Assembly (NCBI GenBank): GCA_040954595.2
Contig: CM082585.2
Span: 12,142,341-12,206,340, forward strand
DNA: 64,000 bases
Reading direction: 5' to 3'
Source: Balanoglossus misakiensis
Taxonomy: Eukaryota; Animalia; Hemichordata
The translations under genes were made by a program, and so were the position numbers. Below are positions 26,050 through 40,500 of this stretch, in pieces (within the stretch, counting starts at the first letter, position 1; each line of letters starts with the position of its first letter). Under the pieces are notes generated by a model. It was not told the DNA's origin. It was given only the letters and a program-made list of their open reading frames with translations, and did not search any database.

Positions 26050-27530
26050 AAATATTTTGTGTCAGCCCCATCGGTGCTAAAGTTACATGATTTGTACATA
26101 TTGAACGAAGTGAAGATGAATCCGCGGACGAAAGCTACAATCAGCACGCATTCATTTACTTGCATTATTTTTGAAATTTTATAGGTCGAGATTTGAAGGG
26201 CATACACATTTTCTTGTTCCACATTTCATTGCAATAACATGAGAAAAATCAAATGCACATTTTGTAATTTGTGATTAAAAACGTCGAGCTTTAACTGTGA
26301 AATGTTAAGTTGGTGTTTCGTAGTCTGCTCCCCTCCCCCGTACAGAAGATGTTCATAAAGATTCTCACCGTTCTTGCTTGCCCCATCCTGGCTCCTCCTC
26401 AATGATATTGGCAGCCATTTTGAAATTACCCAGAGTGCAGTGCGAATTTCCTTTCAATGAGGAATAGTATAAAGTTAAAGAAATATCAAATCTTGCAAGA
26501 AATCAGGGTCTCGTGTCATTGCCGATGAAGGGTGTACATATATGGATCACATTTTGACCCTTTGTACCGGGGAACCAATAAAATGTAGACTATACTGACC
26601 CCTCCACCTCGCCTAAATCCAGACCGAAGTTGCGTGTACATGTGTTTCCATGGGAAGATTTAGACTTTTAATCAAAAGTATACGCCGGTGATACCCATTT
26701 ATAGAAAAATGCAAATTTGTAATTTGAAGTGTCCAGGGTACGCTGTATCCCTTGACCTGAGATCTGTTTGATCGCGATAAGATAGGTGGCGGAAAGAGGT
26801 CAGGCAGGTTTTGCATGCAGTGATTGTTGCATGGTCCTATAGTAGTACAGGCACGGATTCTCCTTGTACGGGCCCTGCGTCAAAAGGTATGGTGTTTTAC
26901 AGAGTTTGTGAAGCACTTTCGCTGTAAATATCTTCAAATAACAATTGCTAGTCAACAAATCACGGTGTCTAATATGTGTCACAAGGTCAAGGTAAGTTTT
27001 ATTGTTTTCATTCTCTGTTGCATTGAATGCTAATGGCTATTCCACCGATTATTGGCGATCAATGCAAGTTCTCGAGCAATCGAACAGAACAGATTCCTGA
27101 GTATGACCTCCTATCATGGCATTCTTCCAACAAAGAGTTCATGTCAAAACCAATGGTTAGAGTTGGTCGGAGTATCAATCTACACTCTACAAAGCACTGA
27201 ACCCCCATTACAGTCGAAGGTGCAGTTTCTTTATCGTCTTTATCTAAAAGTAAATGTTGACAGTCGCATAAATCTGAGATAATTCGGTTATTTTATATAT
27301 AAAAAATCACATGGGTCCCGAGATATAAACAGTACTATGTATCGACGAGAAAATATCCTCTTATTTGCTTGATATATGGCAAACTGTGAACAGTTCTATT
27401 TGTGTGGGCTTATTGTGCAATGATTTGCAGCAAATAGGTCTAACTGTGGGGTTTTTTGCTGTATATTTATAGTTCAACATAAAGCTGACCTCACGAACGA
27501 AGAGAACGACCCGCAGTTGATATAATAATA

Positions 27531-30174
27531 ATGGTGGCCAAAGTACAATTACAGGTTCTATTTTTCATCGGGATAGTCCTCTTTGCTGGTCTGTACGCCG
27601 TTGCATTTGTCATCCTCAAACCCAGATTTGATGTGCATGCAAACAATGATAGAACGGGGTCCAAGAATATACAGGCGAAGTTGGATTCAACGTCACCAGA
27701 CGATCCTTCAGACACTAACACAAACTATAGCACAGATGGAATTGATGAATCCAGAAATACAACCGACAGTGATTTCGAATCAGATAGTTTTTCAAGCCAT
27801 CAAACGAGGGACACTATGACCAACCATCATGAAAACAACTTCACCGAGGATGAAGATTCGTTACGCACAACAGAATATAGTGAATGGAACCAGGTACTGT
27901 TGCGGAATATGTCGGGTAGATTTCTTAAACATCAGGATAAAATTATCAAACCATCGAGTTCGGACAGAAATGTAGTGACGGAAGATCTGCAAAACGCTGA
28001 GGAACCCGCATGCAGAATTCCCAGCTTGGATCCGTATCACTCTAGTATTAAGCATCTGATCGACGACCCTGAACCCCTCGATTGCCTGGCGAGAAATGGA
28101 CGCCAAGATTTGTTATATTTCGACGTCAGCGGAGACAAAGTGTGGATTAATAGTACAGTTTTAGCCGACAGGAAACTAAATCTGTGCAGCTATGCTTACG
28201 TCAAACGTTTGGACGATCAACTGACGATATTTGGAGACGACACCGTAGTAGAGTTCAATAATAAAACGGATTTCACTTCTGATGTTTTACTTATTGACGG
28301 AATCACCGCAGATTTTCTCGGTGTTACTTGCGAATTTACCGGCGATGGCGATCAGAAGACTTTTGAGATGCATGCTCATATATTTCCCCTCCCAAACGTT
28401 TTGAAAAATGAGGAAAAGTCGTCCCGTTCAGAAGGATTAGATGTAGATGTTATAATGGTTGGCTTTGAGTCAACCTCGAGGATGAATTTTATCCGGAAAA
28501 TGCCGAAAAGTTACCGATATTTGACCGAGATTATGGACTCCGTGGTTTTAGAAAGTTATAATATCATTGGCGACGCCACAGCTGAAGCTTTGATTCCAAT
28601 GCTGACGGGGAGCCGCTGGCCAGAACTGCCGGAAACAAGGAAAGGAGTGGAAGGCGCACAATCTGTCGAAGTTTATCCTCATATTTGGAAAAAGTTCAAA
28701 GAGCGGGGATACGCCACTCTTTTTGCCGAAGATTCTCCTCATCTCTCCGCATTCAACAGACAATTCAATGGTTTCACAGATCAACCAACGGACCACTACA
28801 TGAGAACGTACTGGCTAAAATCATGCGCTTTAACTGATGGGTACGATTTCTTGAACAATCCCAAGATCTGTGAAGGCGCTAGACCAGAACACCTGGTCAT
28901 GTTGAACTACTTGAAAGAATTCCAAATCAAATATGAAAAAATCAACAAGTTCGGTTTCATGTTTATAACTGAGCTGAGCCACAGTGATATCAATTTTCTT
29001 GGCTGGGCAGATGATGACTTTCTGAAGTACTTGAAATCTGTTTTTGAAGGAGATCACTTGAGAAACACGATACATTTTGTCTTTGGTGATCATGGTGCCA
29101 GGTATGATTCAATCCGCAACACGATGCAAGGAAAGATGGAGGAAAGATTACCGTTCATGTCGGTGTATTTACCACCGACGCTGCGCAAATCACACCCATA
29201 CATGTACGACAATTTACGCAAGAACTCGGACCGGCTATCCACACCGTTCGACGTTCATGCGACATTGGAAGACCTGCTTGGGTGGACATACAAATCAGAG
29301 ACTGTTAATGCGTCCAAAAGAGCCATCAGTTTGCTGAGAGAGATTCCCACTGCAAGAACGTGTGAAGATGCTGGTGTGGATACTCACTGGTGTGCTTGTT
29401 TGAATTGGGCTGACGTTGATACTAATACTGTCGAGGTAATGTGAATTTGCTTTATGCCCTGGTGTTGGTTGATTTGTTCAGTGAGTCAATAAGTGAGTCA
29501 GTCAGTCAGTTAGTCAATGAATGACTGAATGAGTCAGTCATCAGTGAGAGCATTACACACTTATAAGCAACGTTGTTTCTTCATCACAGGTCCAGGAGGC
29601 GTCAGCAGCAATTGTAGAGTTCGTTAATGAATTGACAGAACCCTACCGAGAGTATTGTGCGGAATTAAAATTGTTTGATGTGAAAAATGCACAAAGAGGG
29701 GCCCCTAACGACAAGGTATGTTGTTGGTATTTGCTTGACGATTAACTAATATATTGAGGCACTTTTCAGACATGTCGTTCCATCATGCTACACCAAGCAC
29801 CATGAAGAGGGAAGAAGAAATATTTTTACCATATTGCAACTTTCAAACACAGTAAACCACATTTCATTGTTATTCTGTTTTATTATGCAAAGATACTACG
29901 CTACATTGGAAGTATTGACGACGACCAACTACAAGCTGGATTTGATGCGCCTGACACTGTCATCCACGACATGAAAGTCAACTACCAAGTCACCATAGAA
30001 ACCGTTCCAGGACATGGTTTATTTGAAGGGACAGTGACATTTCAAAGCGGGAGTCTTGACATTGTTGTTGATAAAGAAATCAGTAGAATTAACCTCTATG
30101 GTGATCAGCCTAAATGCATAGCACAAAAACATCCACACATCACAAAGTTTTGTTATTGCAAAGACAATTTATGA
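27531..30174 (+). CDS. DUF229-family type II membrane protein (alkaline phosphatase/sulfatase-like fold)
   Basis: Exons 27531-29435, 29590-29715, 29893-30174 (TGA). N-terminal TM anchor and an acidic stem, then CRIP.LDP, SRMNF.R.MP, YNIIGD.T, GYATLFAED, PTDHYMR, SH, GDHG.R, G.MEERLP, PFDVH.TL, RTC..AG...HWC.C, SRIN.YG.Q..CI and FCYC, all typical of DUF229. Confidence 0.85.
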
Positions 30175-30865
30175 CAACATACAACTCTATGTATATAGAA
30201 TATAGAAATACATTTCTATACTTGAAATTCATCTCATGATTTTGACCATTAACACACTTCATTAACAGTTCATATTTTACCGTGCTGATTAAAATAACAT
30301 GTATACTTACATCTTCTGTTAAACACACAAGACAGTCTCACAATGATTGCCAAAAATTTGGTTAATATTTTGTTAGAGAAAAAACTGGCTTTTAATAATA
30401 AGGCTATCAACTGAATATACATGTATCACTACAAAAATATGGTTAAAGCTAAAAGAAATATCTTCTATTACAATATATACATGTCAAAGAATGCTCATAT
30501 TAAGGTTGAATGAAGATTACAAAGAACAGCGGGAGGGCAGTGGGTGTTGTGATAAGAATGCTGTCATACGCCATTAAACAAAAGATAATGTACAAGCATT
30601 TATAGATGGCGCTATATATATATAAAACGTCGGAGTTGCAATATTCTCATCTGGATTGTCCAACACAACTGAGCTTGACGTAATCCCTTAGCACAATGGA
30701 AAAGAAAATTAAGGTAGTGAGATTTTTAAAAGGCATTGTGATTGTCAATACTGTACTATATCTCAGAATGCTGTGTGGTTTTTTGTTTCAATGGATTCTT
30801 CAGTTTTGGTATGAAAAGTTTATTTCAATGTTTAAAGTACAATGTATGTGATAAAATGAAGACTG

Positions 30866-30930
30866 GATGGATGAATGAATGAATGAATGAATGTATGAAT
30901 GAATGAATGAATGAATGAATGAATGAATGA
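30866..30930. repeat. (GAAT)n microsatellite
   Basis: About 15 GAAT/GGAT units downstream of the stop of the orphan membrane-protein gene. Confidence 0.9.
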
Positions 30931-30982
30931 AAACAACCCTGAACTGGTTTACAACACTGGCCTCTCCTTTCCCCATCATTCA

Positions 30983-33708
30983 TTAGCTATTTGCCGGCGC
31001 CTGTGCAGATCTGACTTTGGGAATGGCACCTGTAGTTTTGGAAGGAGAAGCAGTGGGCTCCAGAATGGCAACACCGGGAACTGACCCTCTGGTCTTGCTT
31101 GCTTTGGGTCTCGGTCTGGATATTGATGCGTCAGATGACTGCACATCCAGTTTTTCCGTGGATTGGGCGTTCAGATTTGTAATGATCTCATCTTTGCCTT
31201 CACTTTTCACTGATGCCTTGTTAACTCTATACTCCACACGAAGCGATGATTCAGACGGCCCTTCTTGGTAAGGTTCTGTATTGGCTGGATTCTCCATCAT
31301 TTCAACCAGTGGTGGTTTCTTTGCACAGATGTAATTTCTTTGATAAAGGATAACCAGTGCCACAATGACTGCTACAACAAGAACCAAAACCACAACTGCT
31401 ATTGCTATCTTTCCCCCATCGCTCATTCCATCTGTTGATTCTGAAAATTATATAAAAAATATAAAATCTTTATCCAGCAAGCAAGAAGTTTCAAACCATA
31501 AAATCGGAATTTTTGTGTGGTTTCTAACACTCAATGTAGCAAGAGTGCAACATATGTCCCTCTACACGATTGAAAAAAAACAACAACACAGCCTTGTCTG
31601 ATCGGCAAATCTGGCCTTGATCAGTGACATTTATGCAAATATTAGAATATGTACTTGTTGTATCTCATGAATATACAGGACTACTTACCAAAGCGAACCA
31701 CAGAGCAATCATGTCGATTAATCTCAAACACATCATCTATGATTATTGCTTGTTCCTTATCATAGATTTTAAAAATTGCCTGTCAGGAAAAAATAACAGA
31801 CACCATGTTGTCATACTGACAATTATCTTGTATTAAAGGTGACTGGGTATGCAACGTTCTAACCTTTGAATAGTTTACCCTAACAACATAACAATGTCAC
31901 TGTTACTTAGGCCCCTAAGGGTCATCCCATTTGTACTGGGATCACAGAGAACCAGTATTTTAATTTCACAATGAAGTGTTTCCAACAGTCTACAGATCAG
32001 ATTTCTAAATAGACCATACTTCAAGCAACTTGAGTCCATTTCATCAAATAAGCCAGACAGTGCCCCAGGCACTTTGAGTTCATTTTACTCCGTGATTGTT
32101 TAATTTATTTGCTGGCAGCTCTAAAGCATTGAGTTTTACTTACCTCAACTCTCAACTTTGCAGGTCCAACCTCTATCAGTTTGACATGGAGTCGAAAACC
32201 GTTCCAACCCTCAACCTCCACAGTTTCATCCTCATTGCTAAATGTATGCTGCAGATATATATTGAATGATGCCACCTACAAAACAAGATAGAATAAAATT
32301 GCAACTTTCGTCACCTTTACCTCATACATGTACCTTGAAAATCAAAGGTGACAGATCTTGCAATTGAGCACACACACTATTTTATTTACAATACCACATA
32401 ATTTTGCTTAATTAAAAAATGTTCATGTTTCAAGGACTTTTATTCTGACCATTTTCAATGAACGTCTGTACTACATAGATATTCACTCATTAACTCACCT
32501 CTACTGTAAAAGTCACTCCAACAGGAACATCACAGCGTTGTACAACAGCTTCAGAACTCACAGTTCTGTTATGAATGACAGAAACACATTCACAAATATA
32601 TCCATTGCATGGTGGACACTCAGAAAGGACGGTTGCATAGCCTGCAGACAAAACAAATGAAAACACCCAGTAGCTGTGATGAAATCGAATATGCATGAGA
32701 GATTTCAAGTTATGGCGGGTTGTGTTTAGTCTGAAGGTCATCACCAACAAAAAATCATTCATAAACGCAGAAGGACAGAAGTCCTTGCGATTCTGATTGA
32801 TGTGGCCTTCAACTGGGCAATGCCAACTCAATGACTGATTTTGCCCGTTTTTTGCAAAATGTTTCTGAACTCTCAGAAATGCAATAAGGTCACATGGTGT
32901 ATACACCATGAATCAATGTATACTACAAGGAAAAACTAAAAATAGACCACTACTATAGAGAGGTATGTCAACAATTACTGGTACTGACTGTCCTACTGTG
33001 CAACCATGTTAATTCACACTCCATATCTCACATATAAAATAGTACATACTGTTTATAATAGCACTGCTCATATTCAACAGCCTTTTCCAACATTCTTAGC
33101 AGCTGGAAATGGCTACTTAAATTTTACATATATCAGAAGTATCACTGGAGTCTGACAAGTCAAATAAACACCCCCGCCTCTGAAGCTCTGTGATCCCAAG
33201 GACTATGTCTCGCGTTTTCTGAATAATTTCTGGAGTAAGAAATGAAAAGACAAGTTCATAATTCATCTTGGCCCTACAGCAAATTTTTATCATTTGTTCA
33301 GCCTCGCAACCTTGTTTCATCCCACAGTTCCATCCCCCATGCAATTGGCAAAATAAACAGATCGATTAGAACACTATAAACAAACCATTATCACATGTCG
33401 TTTGTCAGCATGTCCGTTTCCTATTTCTCTCCAAGCTACCGTAGCCATCGCTACAGACAAAGAACGCTGTATTTGCAACGTGTCCTCACCAATCTGATAC
33501 ACTGTACTATGCTCTGCTTCCCTGTCAATCAATATCAGATCCTCTGAAATCAAAAACCCTTCAATGGTCTGTCCTACAAGGATTGCACAAGCTATTAAAA
33601 GAGCAGAAAGTTTTTAAGAGTCGAGTCGAACGATCGAGCTCAACGTTGGATTTGCTTACCTTGATGAAAGAAAACACTTATCATGAATAAACTCAGGATC
33701 CATTCCAT
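30983..33708 (-). CDS. Uncharacterised 352-aa type I single-pass membrane protein with signal peptide and Cys-rich ectodomain
   Basis: Seven exons join into one ORF with consistent phases: 33708-33660, 33573-33490, 33229-33128, 32641-32499, 32275-32144, 31779-31689, 31440-30983. Signal-like start MEWILSLFMISVFFHQG; TM segment IAIAVVVLVLVVAVIVALVILY; polar cytoplasmic tail of about 120 aa. Family not recognised. Confidence 0.75.
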
Positions 33709-34571
33709 AGCTATTCTTCTGTGCTGTTGAAATTTCCCTTTCATTGTGATGCGAATTTTGCTCGTTTTACAGTAATTTGTTGAATTCCACAGACTCCAGA
33801 GTACATGTAGTTATTATAATATTAGTGCGTTGCACAGTAGCAAATTACCGTACGCGACTATAGAAATATACACTCATTAGGATTAGTGGTTTCGGTCAAA
33901 ACAGATTTCTCCGTGTCCGGTTCCACGATCAGCATTAAAACTGCAGCAGTCCGATCAACAATAGAGAAAATCGCACTAGGTTACGTAACTTCTGCATTTG
34001 TCTTGAGTTTACGCGTACAGCAAGTGGTAAACACAGCACCCACGACACTCGACATCAACAAGACGCGTTCACTTTCAACGCATCTCTGGTCCCCATAGAT
34101 TGGCCTCCCTAGTTTGAGGTTAAATGTCAAAGCAAATACAAATATTACAAGAAATAAAACGACATACTAAATTATGGAAATATATGTGAAGAGGACACGA
34201 CGCAGGGAATAATATTTCATCCGACTAAAAGTTAAATTCGCCCGTATGCTTGAAATGTTAGCAATATATTTCACTGAAACTACTGCTAAGAATGACGTCA
34301 CTGCCTTCATTGCATCGAAACTCGGTACAGAAAATGTTGCTTGCACGGGAAGTCGGAATTTAATTCGAAATTTCTATGTGGAATTTCTCATCATAATTTG
34401 TTGAATATTATTTAATTACCAAAAGTTAATTGAAATGGAAAATAACTCATACAACAGAAATATACAGACGAATAGGCAGCTGTTAATGTTGGCTTCAGTA
34501 AGTAAAAACAGCAGACAGCTGGCCGTGAACTCGACAGGTCTTCCGCAACTTTTTGTGGTCTGCAGAAGTCC

Positions 34572-37500
34572 ATGATGGCACAGGCCGATTCCACCCACGA
34601 CTCAAGCTATGCTCGAAGCATTGAATTGCCTCCCGACCAAGTTTTCAGAAATATACAAAATGCTAAACGCTTTGCCATCGATATAGGTGAGTCCAATGTA
34701 CACGTCGTCTGTAACACTGGTTTGTTGTACAAGCAACACGACCATATGTGGAGGATTGCTGACGACCAAATTTTACAAAGCGGTTTCACCTACAGTTTCT
34801 TCCTCTGACGGGGAGTTGTTTGGGCAAAATAAAGCATAAACACTTTACAAGTGATGACATAATTATTTTTATGAACCTGAAATAGTTTAATTATTTATTG
34901 ATTATTGTTAGTATCAATGTTCATTTCTGTCACTGGTGTGTTGTACAAATGTCATGTTGGGGCAACACAGAGCGAGGTTTGGTAGGGTGGTAACGAAAGA
35001 TGATAAAAGATGTATATTAAACTTCCAAAAATCTTCCGGGCCCCGCCCCCCTCAATATCAACGGTCCACCCCAAGCTATTTCAAGTGAACACAGGTATAT
35101 CTCAAAACAATTGTATTTTTTGGTTCTTTTTTATTTTTGTCCTTTCTGATAGCAACAATCTTGTTTGAAATTGAACATATGGAAGAAAACTTCCATATGA
35201 TATCAAAGGTCATGAACTACATTTTTTCAATAAACACTAAGTATACTGGTATTCATTAGAATCAAGACAACATAATGTCAAAATTGAAACTGACTACTTA
35301 AATTTCTTGCCCTCATATCAGGTGGTTCCCTTGCCAAACTTGCCTACTACACAACCGTACAGACGAAAAAAGCACATTTTAGTGGAGTTGACAAACATCA
35401 CCGAGCAGATGACTCTCCACTCTATGAAGTCACTGAAGAAGAAGAAACAAGAGAGAGACTGCACTTTGTGAAATTTGAATCAAAATACATAGAACAGTGT
35501 CTAGATTTTGTACAACAGCATTTGATTGAGAGCAAAGACCAGATAGAAGGAAAAGTCATCAAGGCAACTGGTGGTGGGGCATACAAATACAAAGATATCA
35601 TCACTAGCAAACTAGGGCTTGAGTAAGTATTTATCTTTTACTGTCAAATAATGCTAACATACTGTTCACAATGCTGAGCCTTATTCAATTGTTCTTAAGG
35701 TGACCTTTGACACTACCAGATAAGCAATCTCTTCATTCAATAATAATGTTTGACATTTCATAGTGAGTGTCATTTTTTCTGTCACTAGTCAGGCAATAAA
35801 TTGCTAACTTGTCGACTCATGCAGATTGCATGGCTGGGTCGTGCCAAATCATTCACTTCGATTCAGCTGACAGTGATTAATGATATTCAAGGTCAAAGCA
35901 ACCTACATCTACTATGAAAGGCTAGCCACCATCTTTTGAATGTATGGCAGTTGTGGCACAGTGATAAGAATGGTATGCCATTTGCAAAGTTGTAGTATAT
36001 GAACTTAAGTGGGCAAGCTTCTGCAATGGAAAAAAACTCCAGAAAAGACCATTTGGTTAGTTCTGTCCAAATTCATTGTTTCCTATGATAAAGTCGGAAC
36101 TCTGTAGCAGGATTGTAACAGGGTTTATAAATAATTGTTTAATTTTATTTTCTTCACAGAGTAGAAAAGGAAGATGAAATGGCATGTCTGATCAAAGGAT
36201 GTAACTTTCTACTCAGAAATATTCCTGATGAAGCCTTTGCTTATAATCGTCGTTCTTCCTCATCGTATCAATTTCAAGCTTGTGAACCCAACATTTTCCC
36301 ATATCTTCTTGTGAATATTGGATCTGGAGTCAGTATTGTCAAGGTTTGGAAAATGATTATTGTTACATGTGAAATAGTAGCATATAATTTGTTTATTTAT
36401 TTCTTTGTTTGTTCATTTGTGGTTTTTGTTACAAATCATCATCGCCATCTCACGTAACATATTTTGCCTTCCAGGTTGAAAGTGAGGAAAAGTTTGAAAG
36501 GATAGGAGGCACTGCCATGGGTGGGGGTACCTTCTGGGGGCTAGGATCTCTTCTTACCAAAGCCAAGGTAAGTGATAATTCTAACTTTCCAGTCAGTTCT
36601 TGTGTTTGTCAACATTCGATAATAATCCCATTTGACCAGGGTCTCAAGGAGTGTCAGTTTTCAGTGTACAGCTCAATCTAAGAGATACTGCAGATTCAAC
36701 TGGTACAATTTTCCACCAATGCCGCAGCCTGAACTTCAAGGACAAGGACACTGGACTCTGTCTAACATATGGATAACATTTCCTCTCCTAATCACAATTC
36801 AAGGTTGGACGATTGACATATTGCTCAGAGCTGTAGTACTTTCAAAGTTGCCAGGATAACGAGCTGCCTATAATGTATGGACCTGTCTACTTCACAATCA
36901 TCAAGTCAACTGGAATCTCTTACACTGGTGTTCCCAAGCAAGTACTTGATACCAGAACTCAAAACAAAATACTAAAGTGTGTAATTGAAATTAAATATAA
37001 CTTTATGCATGTTTCGATTTAGGGGTTTGATGATTTGCTGAAACTAGCTGTGAAGGGAGACCACCGTAACGTAGATATGTTAGTTCGTGATATCTATGGT
37101 GGTGCATACAGTGCTCTAGGACTACCAGAAGATCTCTTGGCTAGTAGTTTTGGTAAAACAGCACGGACTTCACTTGAGAAACGGGGTGATGGTAAAGTCG
37201 TTGAGATTATTGTTTACTTTTGCATGCAACACTGTGATTACTGTCCTGTTTTATTTTAAAAGAGAAACGTTTCTACAACTTTTATCACGTGAAAAGATTT
37301 TGATGAAATCTTACCTGTACTGACTTATAAAAATGATTTTGAGCTTTTTTTTCTTTGAATGTATGTTTTCACCCTTACAGTTCATTACGCAGAAGAAGAC
37401 ATCGCCAAAAGTCTGTTGCACATGATCAGCAATGGTATTGGTCAGATTGCATGTCTGTATGCAAATTTACACAATCTAAAGAAGGTGTATTTTGGTGGAT

Positions 37501-40500
37501 ATTTCATCAGGGGTCAGCCAGTGACAATGAGTACGATCACATTTGCAATTAATTACTGGTCAAAGGTAAGAGAAGTGACTACATCCTTCATTTATATGTA
37601 CATGTCGGTGTATATGTTACTTCACTTGTCTTCTTGACTGAAAGATCATTCAGTTTTTGGAAATGAAGTTGAAATGAAGTTTTGTTCTGTCTCTCTCTCT
37701 CCCCCTCCCTCTGTTCTGAACGTGCTGCTGTCAGGGAGAAGTGCAAGGTCTGTATTTGAGACATGAGGGATATCTTGGAGCCATTGGTGCATTTCTTAAA
37801 GGAACTGAAGAAGATGGTAAGTTATTGGGCTAAAGATGATTTGACCCAATTTCAACAGTTTGGAACAGGCCGGAAATGCTTTTAAACTACCACCATATCC
37901 AATCATGTTGAATAAAACAGAGAGGTATGTGACACAATGTTTTTATAAAGCCAAGTGAGGAACTGATGTATGACCATTGACCTTTACTTTCTCTTTTTTC
38001 CCTGCAAATTGCAGACACTGTGAAATATCAATGGGGTGAGAACTTTGCAGGCAGTTCAGGTCTTAATAGTCCACCTCCGTACATCAGCTTTCTATCCAGA
38101 GGCAGGAGCAGTACAGTAAGTATTTGACAGACATTTCTGTTCTACTTGTCCGCTGCCATCATGTCAAACCAAATATCGAGCATTTCTGCATGCTTTGTGG
38201 AGTAGACAAATAATGTCAAAAGCTCTCAAACTTTACAGCTGCTGTCCTTTTTTAATATGCTCACAAATTACTCATGTCATCTACAGTTTGATATGCTTGA
38301 GTTGGACAAATTGGATCGTCCATTGGTCTACCTTCCATCACTTGTATGCCCGTCTTCTTATCATCCTGATGTTGTGGACCTAACCAAAGACGAGGAAGCT
38401 AGGGAGTACTGGTTGGATTGTTTTGAAGAAGCTCTGGATAGAGTAAGCGATTTCACTCTGATAAAAAAATAACCTCTTTGAGGTTGAGAAGTGACAATAT
38501 GGGCAGTCTGGATCTTATATGAGCTGATTTTTTAATACCGCAACTGCAGTCTTTTAATTGAATGGTGTAATTTCAGGTAGCTGAATGTGCTCTCAAGAGT
38601 CAACCCAATTCAATAGATGCTGTAGAGAGAGCTCAACAATTCAAAGATAAATATCGGAAACGCCTACACAGCCTTAGGACACAACCTTTGTAAGTGTAAA
38701 TATTTGACACATATCTCTGATGTACACAAAGGAACAAATAGAGTCGTATATTATCACACAGACAGGACAGACATGCATACACGTAGACGTATAAATAAAT
38801 TAGTGTAACTTATCACCCATATCCATTTGACTGCCCCAGGGTTTGACTTGAATGGCAGGGTCAAACCATTATATTAGAAAATAGGGGTGAAACATGTTCT
38901 TATGTAAGTGTCAGTGTAACTGAGTCTGATCTTCTTTTCACAATTTCAGTGCATATGGTTCATTAACAGTACGAAGTCTACTGGATACCAGAGAACACTG
39001 TCTTAATGAATTCAGTTTTGCTGATCCATATTCCCAGGCAAGTGATTTGCAATATTAAAGCTGTTTTCCTGGTCTGTCAGAATCAGAGCTCAAAGTACTG
39101 ACACAGTAGAAAGCAGTTCAAGTCACAACAATACCAAACTTCTCTTTTGCAGCTGAAACAACATGAGAATGAATTATCACTGAAAATGTTAGGCAAAAGA
39201 CTTCAGCAGTTGTCAACTATGAATTGGTATGGCAGACAAGTTGCCCTTATTGAAGGTGTACTTGCAGGCAATGTCTTTGATTATGGAGCCAAGGAAGTCA
39301 CTAAGTAAGACTGTTAAAATGTTATTAATATTACATCAAAAGGTGTGTTCTATGTGCAGCAACAACAATAGGTATTTTTTCTCAGTAAATTGTAATGTTA
39401 TCTACATCAATACTGTTCTTACCATATGCAGTTCTCATCACTTACAAATTCATTGTGTTTGATACTTAAGAACTATTTATGATTTTTACAGACTTATGGA
39501 GAAGAATGCTGAGTTTGGTTTTGGTGATGCTATGGACAAACTCCAGAAAAGACCCTGGCTTATTGACGATCTAAATATGTGGATTGAAAGATTAAAGGTG
39601 AAAAATTAAGATATTTAGAAATCTGTGGAATTTCAAAATATTGACTTCAAGAATCATGTCACAAAAATGTAATCCTGTAATTTATATTTTAGGGTCCTCC
39701 ACATAAGTTAGCTGTCATCTTTGTAGATAACAGTGGAGCTGATATTGTACTGGGCATATTTCCGTTTGTCAGTGAGCTCCTCAGAAGAGGCACAAATGTA
39801 AGTATAGCTGTATACTAACTTTTTGTCTTCACCCTCCTCATCCTCCCGCATTCTCCCGCTCAAATCAAATCTGAACATTTTCTGATTCCTTTACTGTCAT
39901 GTTTAATAAGGCAGGATTTACCCAGCTCCAAATGATGTTGTTGGCCACAAAATAAGGGAAAACAGGGTTAACTTTCTCTCTCATCTTTTCTGTCACAGGT
40001 GATCTTAGCTGCCAATTCTAAGCCGGCATTGAATGACATCACTCACAGTGAATTGATGATAGTTACCAATCGTGTTGCTGAGTTGGACTCAGATATCTCC
40101 CTGGCTGTCAGAGAGAGCAGACTTCAATTGCTGGAGTCTGGTGGTGCGTCTCCATGTCTTGATTTAAGGTCAGTTTGTAACCAAGTTATCTTCATTCCAC
40201 CAATACTGAAAAGGACCCAAACTCGATCTTTGTAAAACAATAGTAAATGTTCAGTACATGTATAGAGGTTGCTCTATCGCATCCACTTCACTGTATATTG
40301 GTTCAATTAATGGTGATATATCTGTTTGTTTGATAGCCGTGTTGACCAAGTCTTGGCAGACCATTGCAAGCAGGCTGATCTCCTGATATTTGAAGGAATG
40401 GGGAGAGCTGTACACACTAACCTCCAAGCTCAGTTCACGTGCGAGTCTCTAAAACTAGCTGTCCTGAAAAACAAGTGGCTGGCCAACCGACTTGGTGGTG

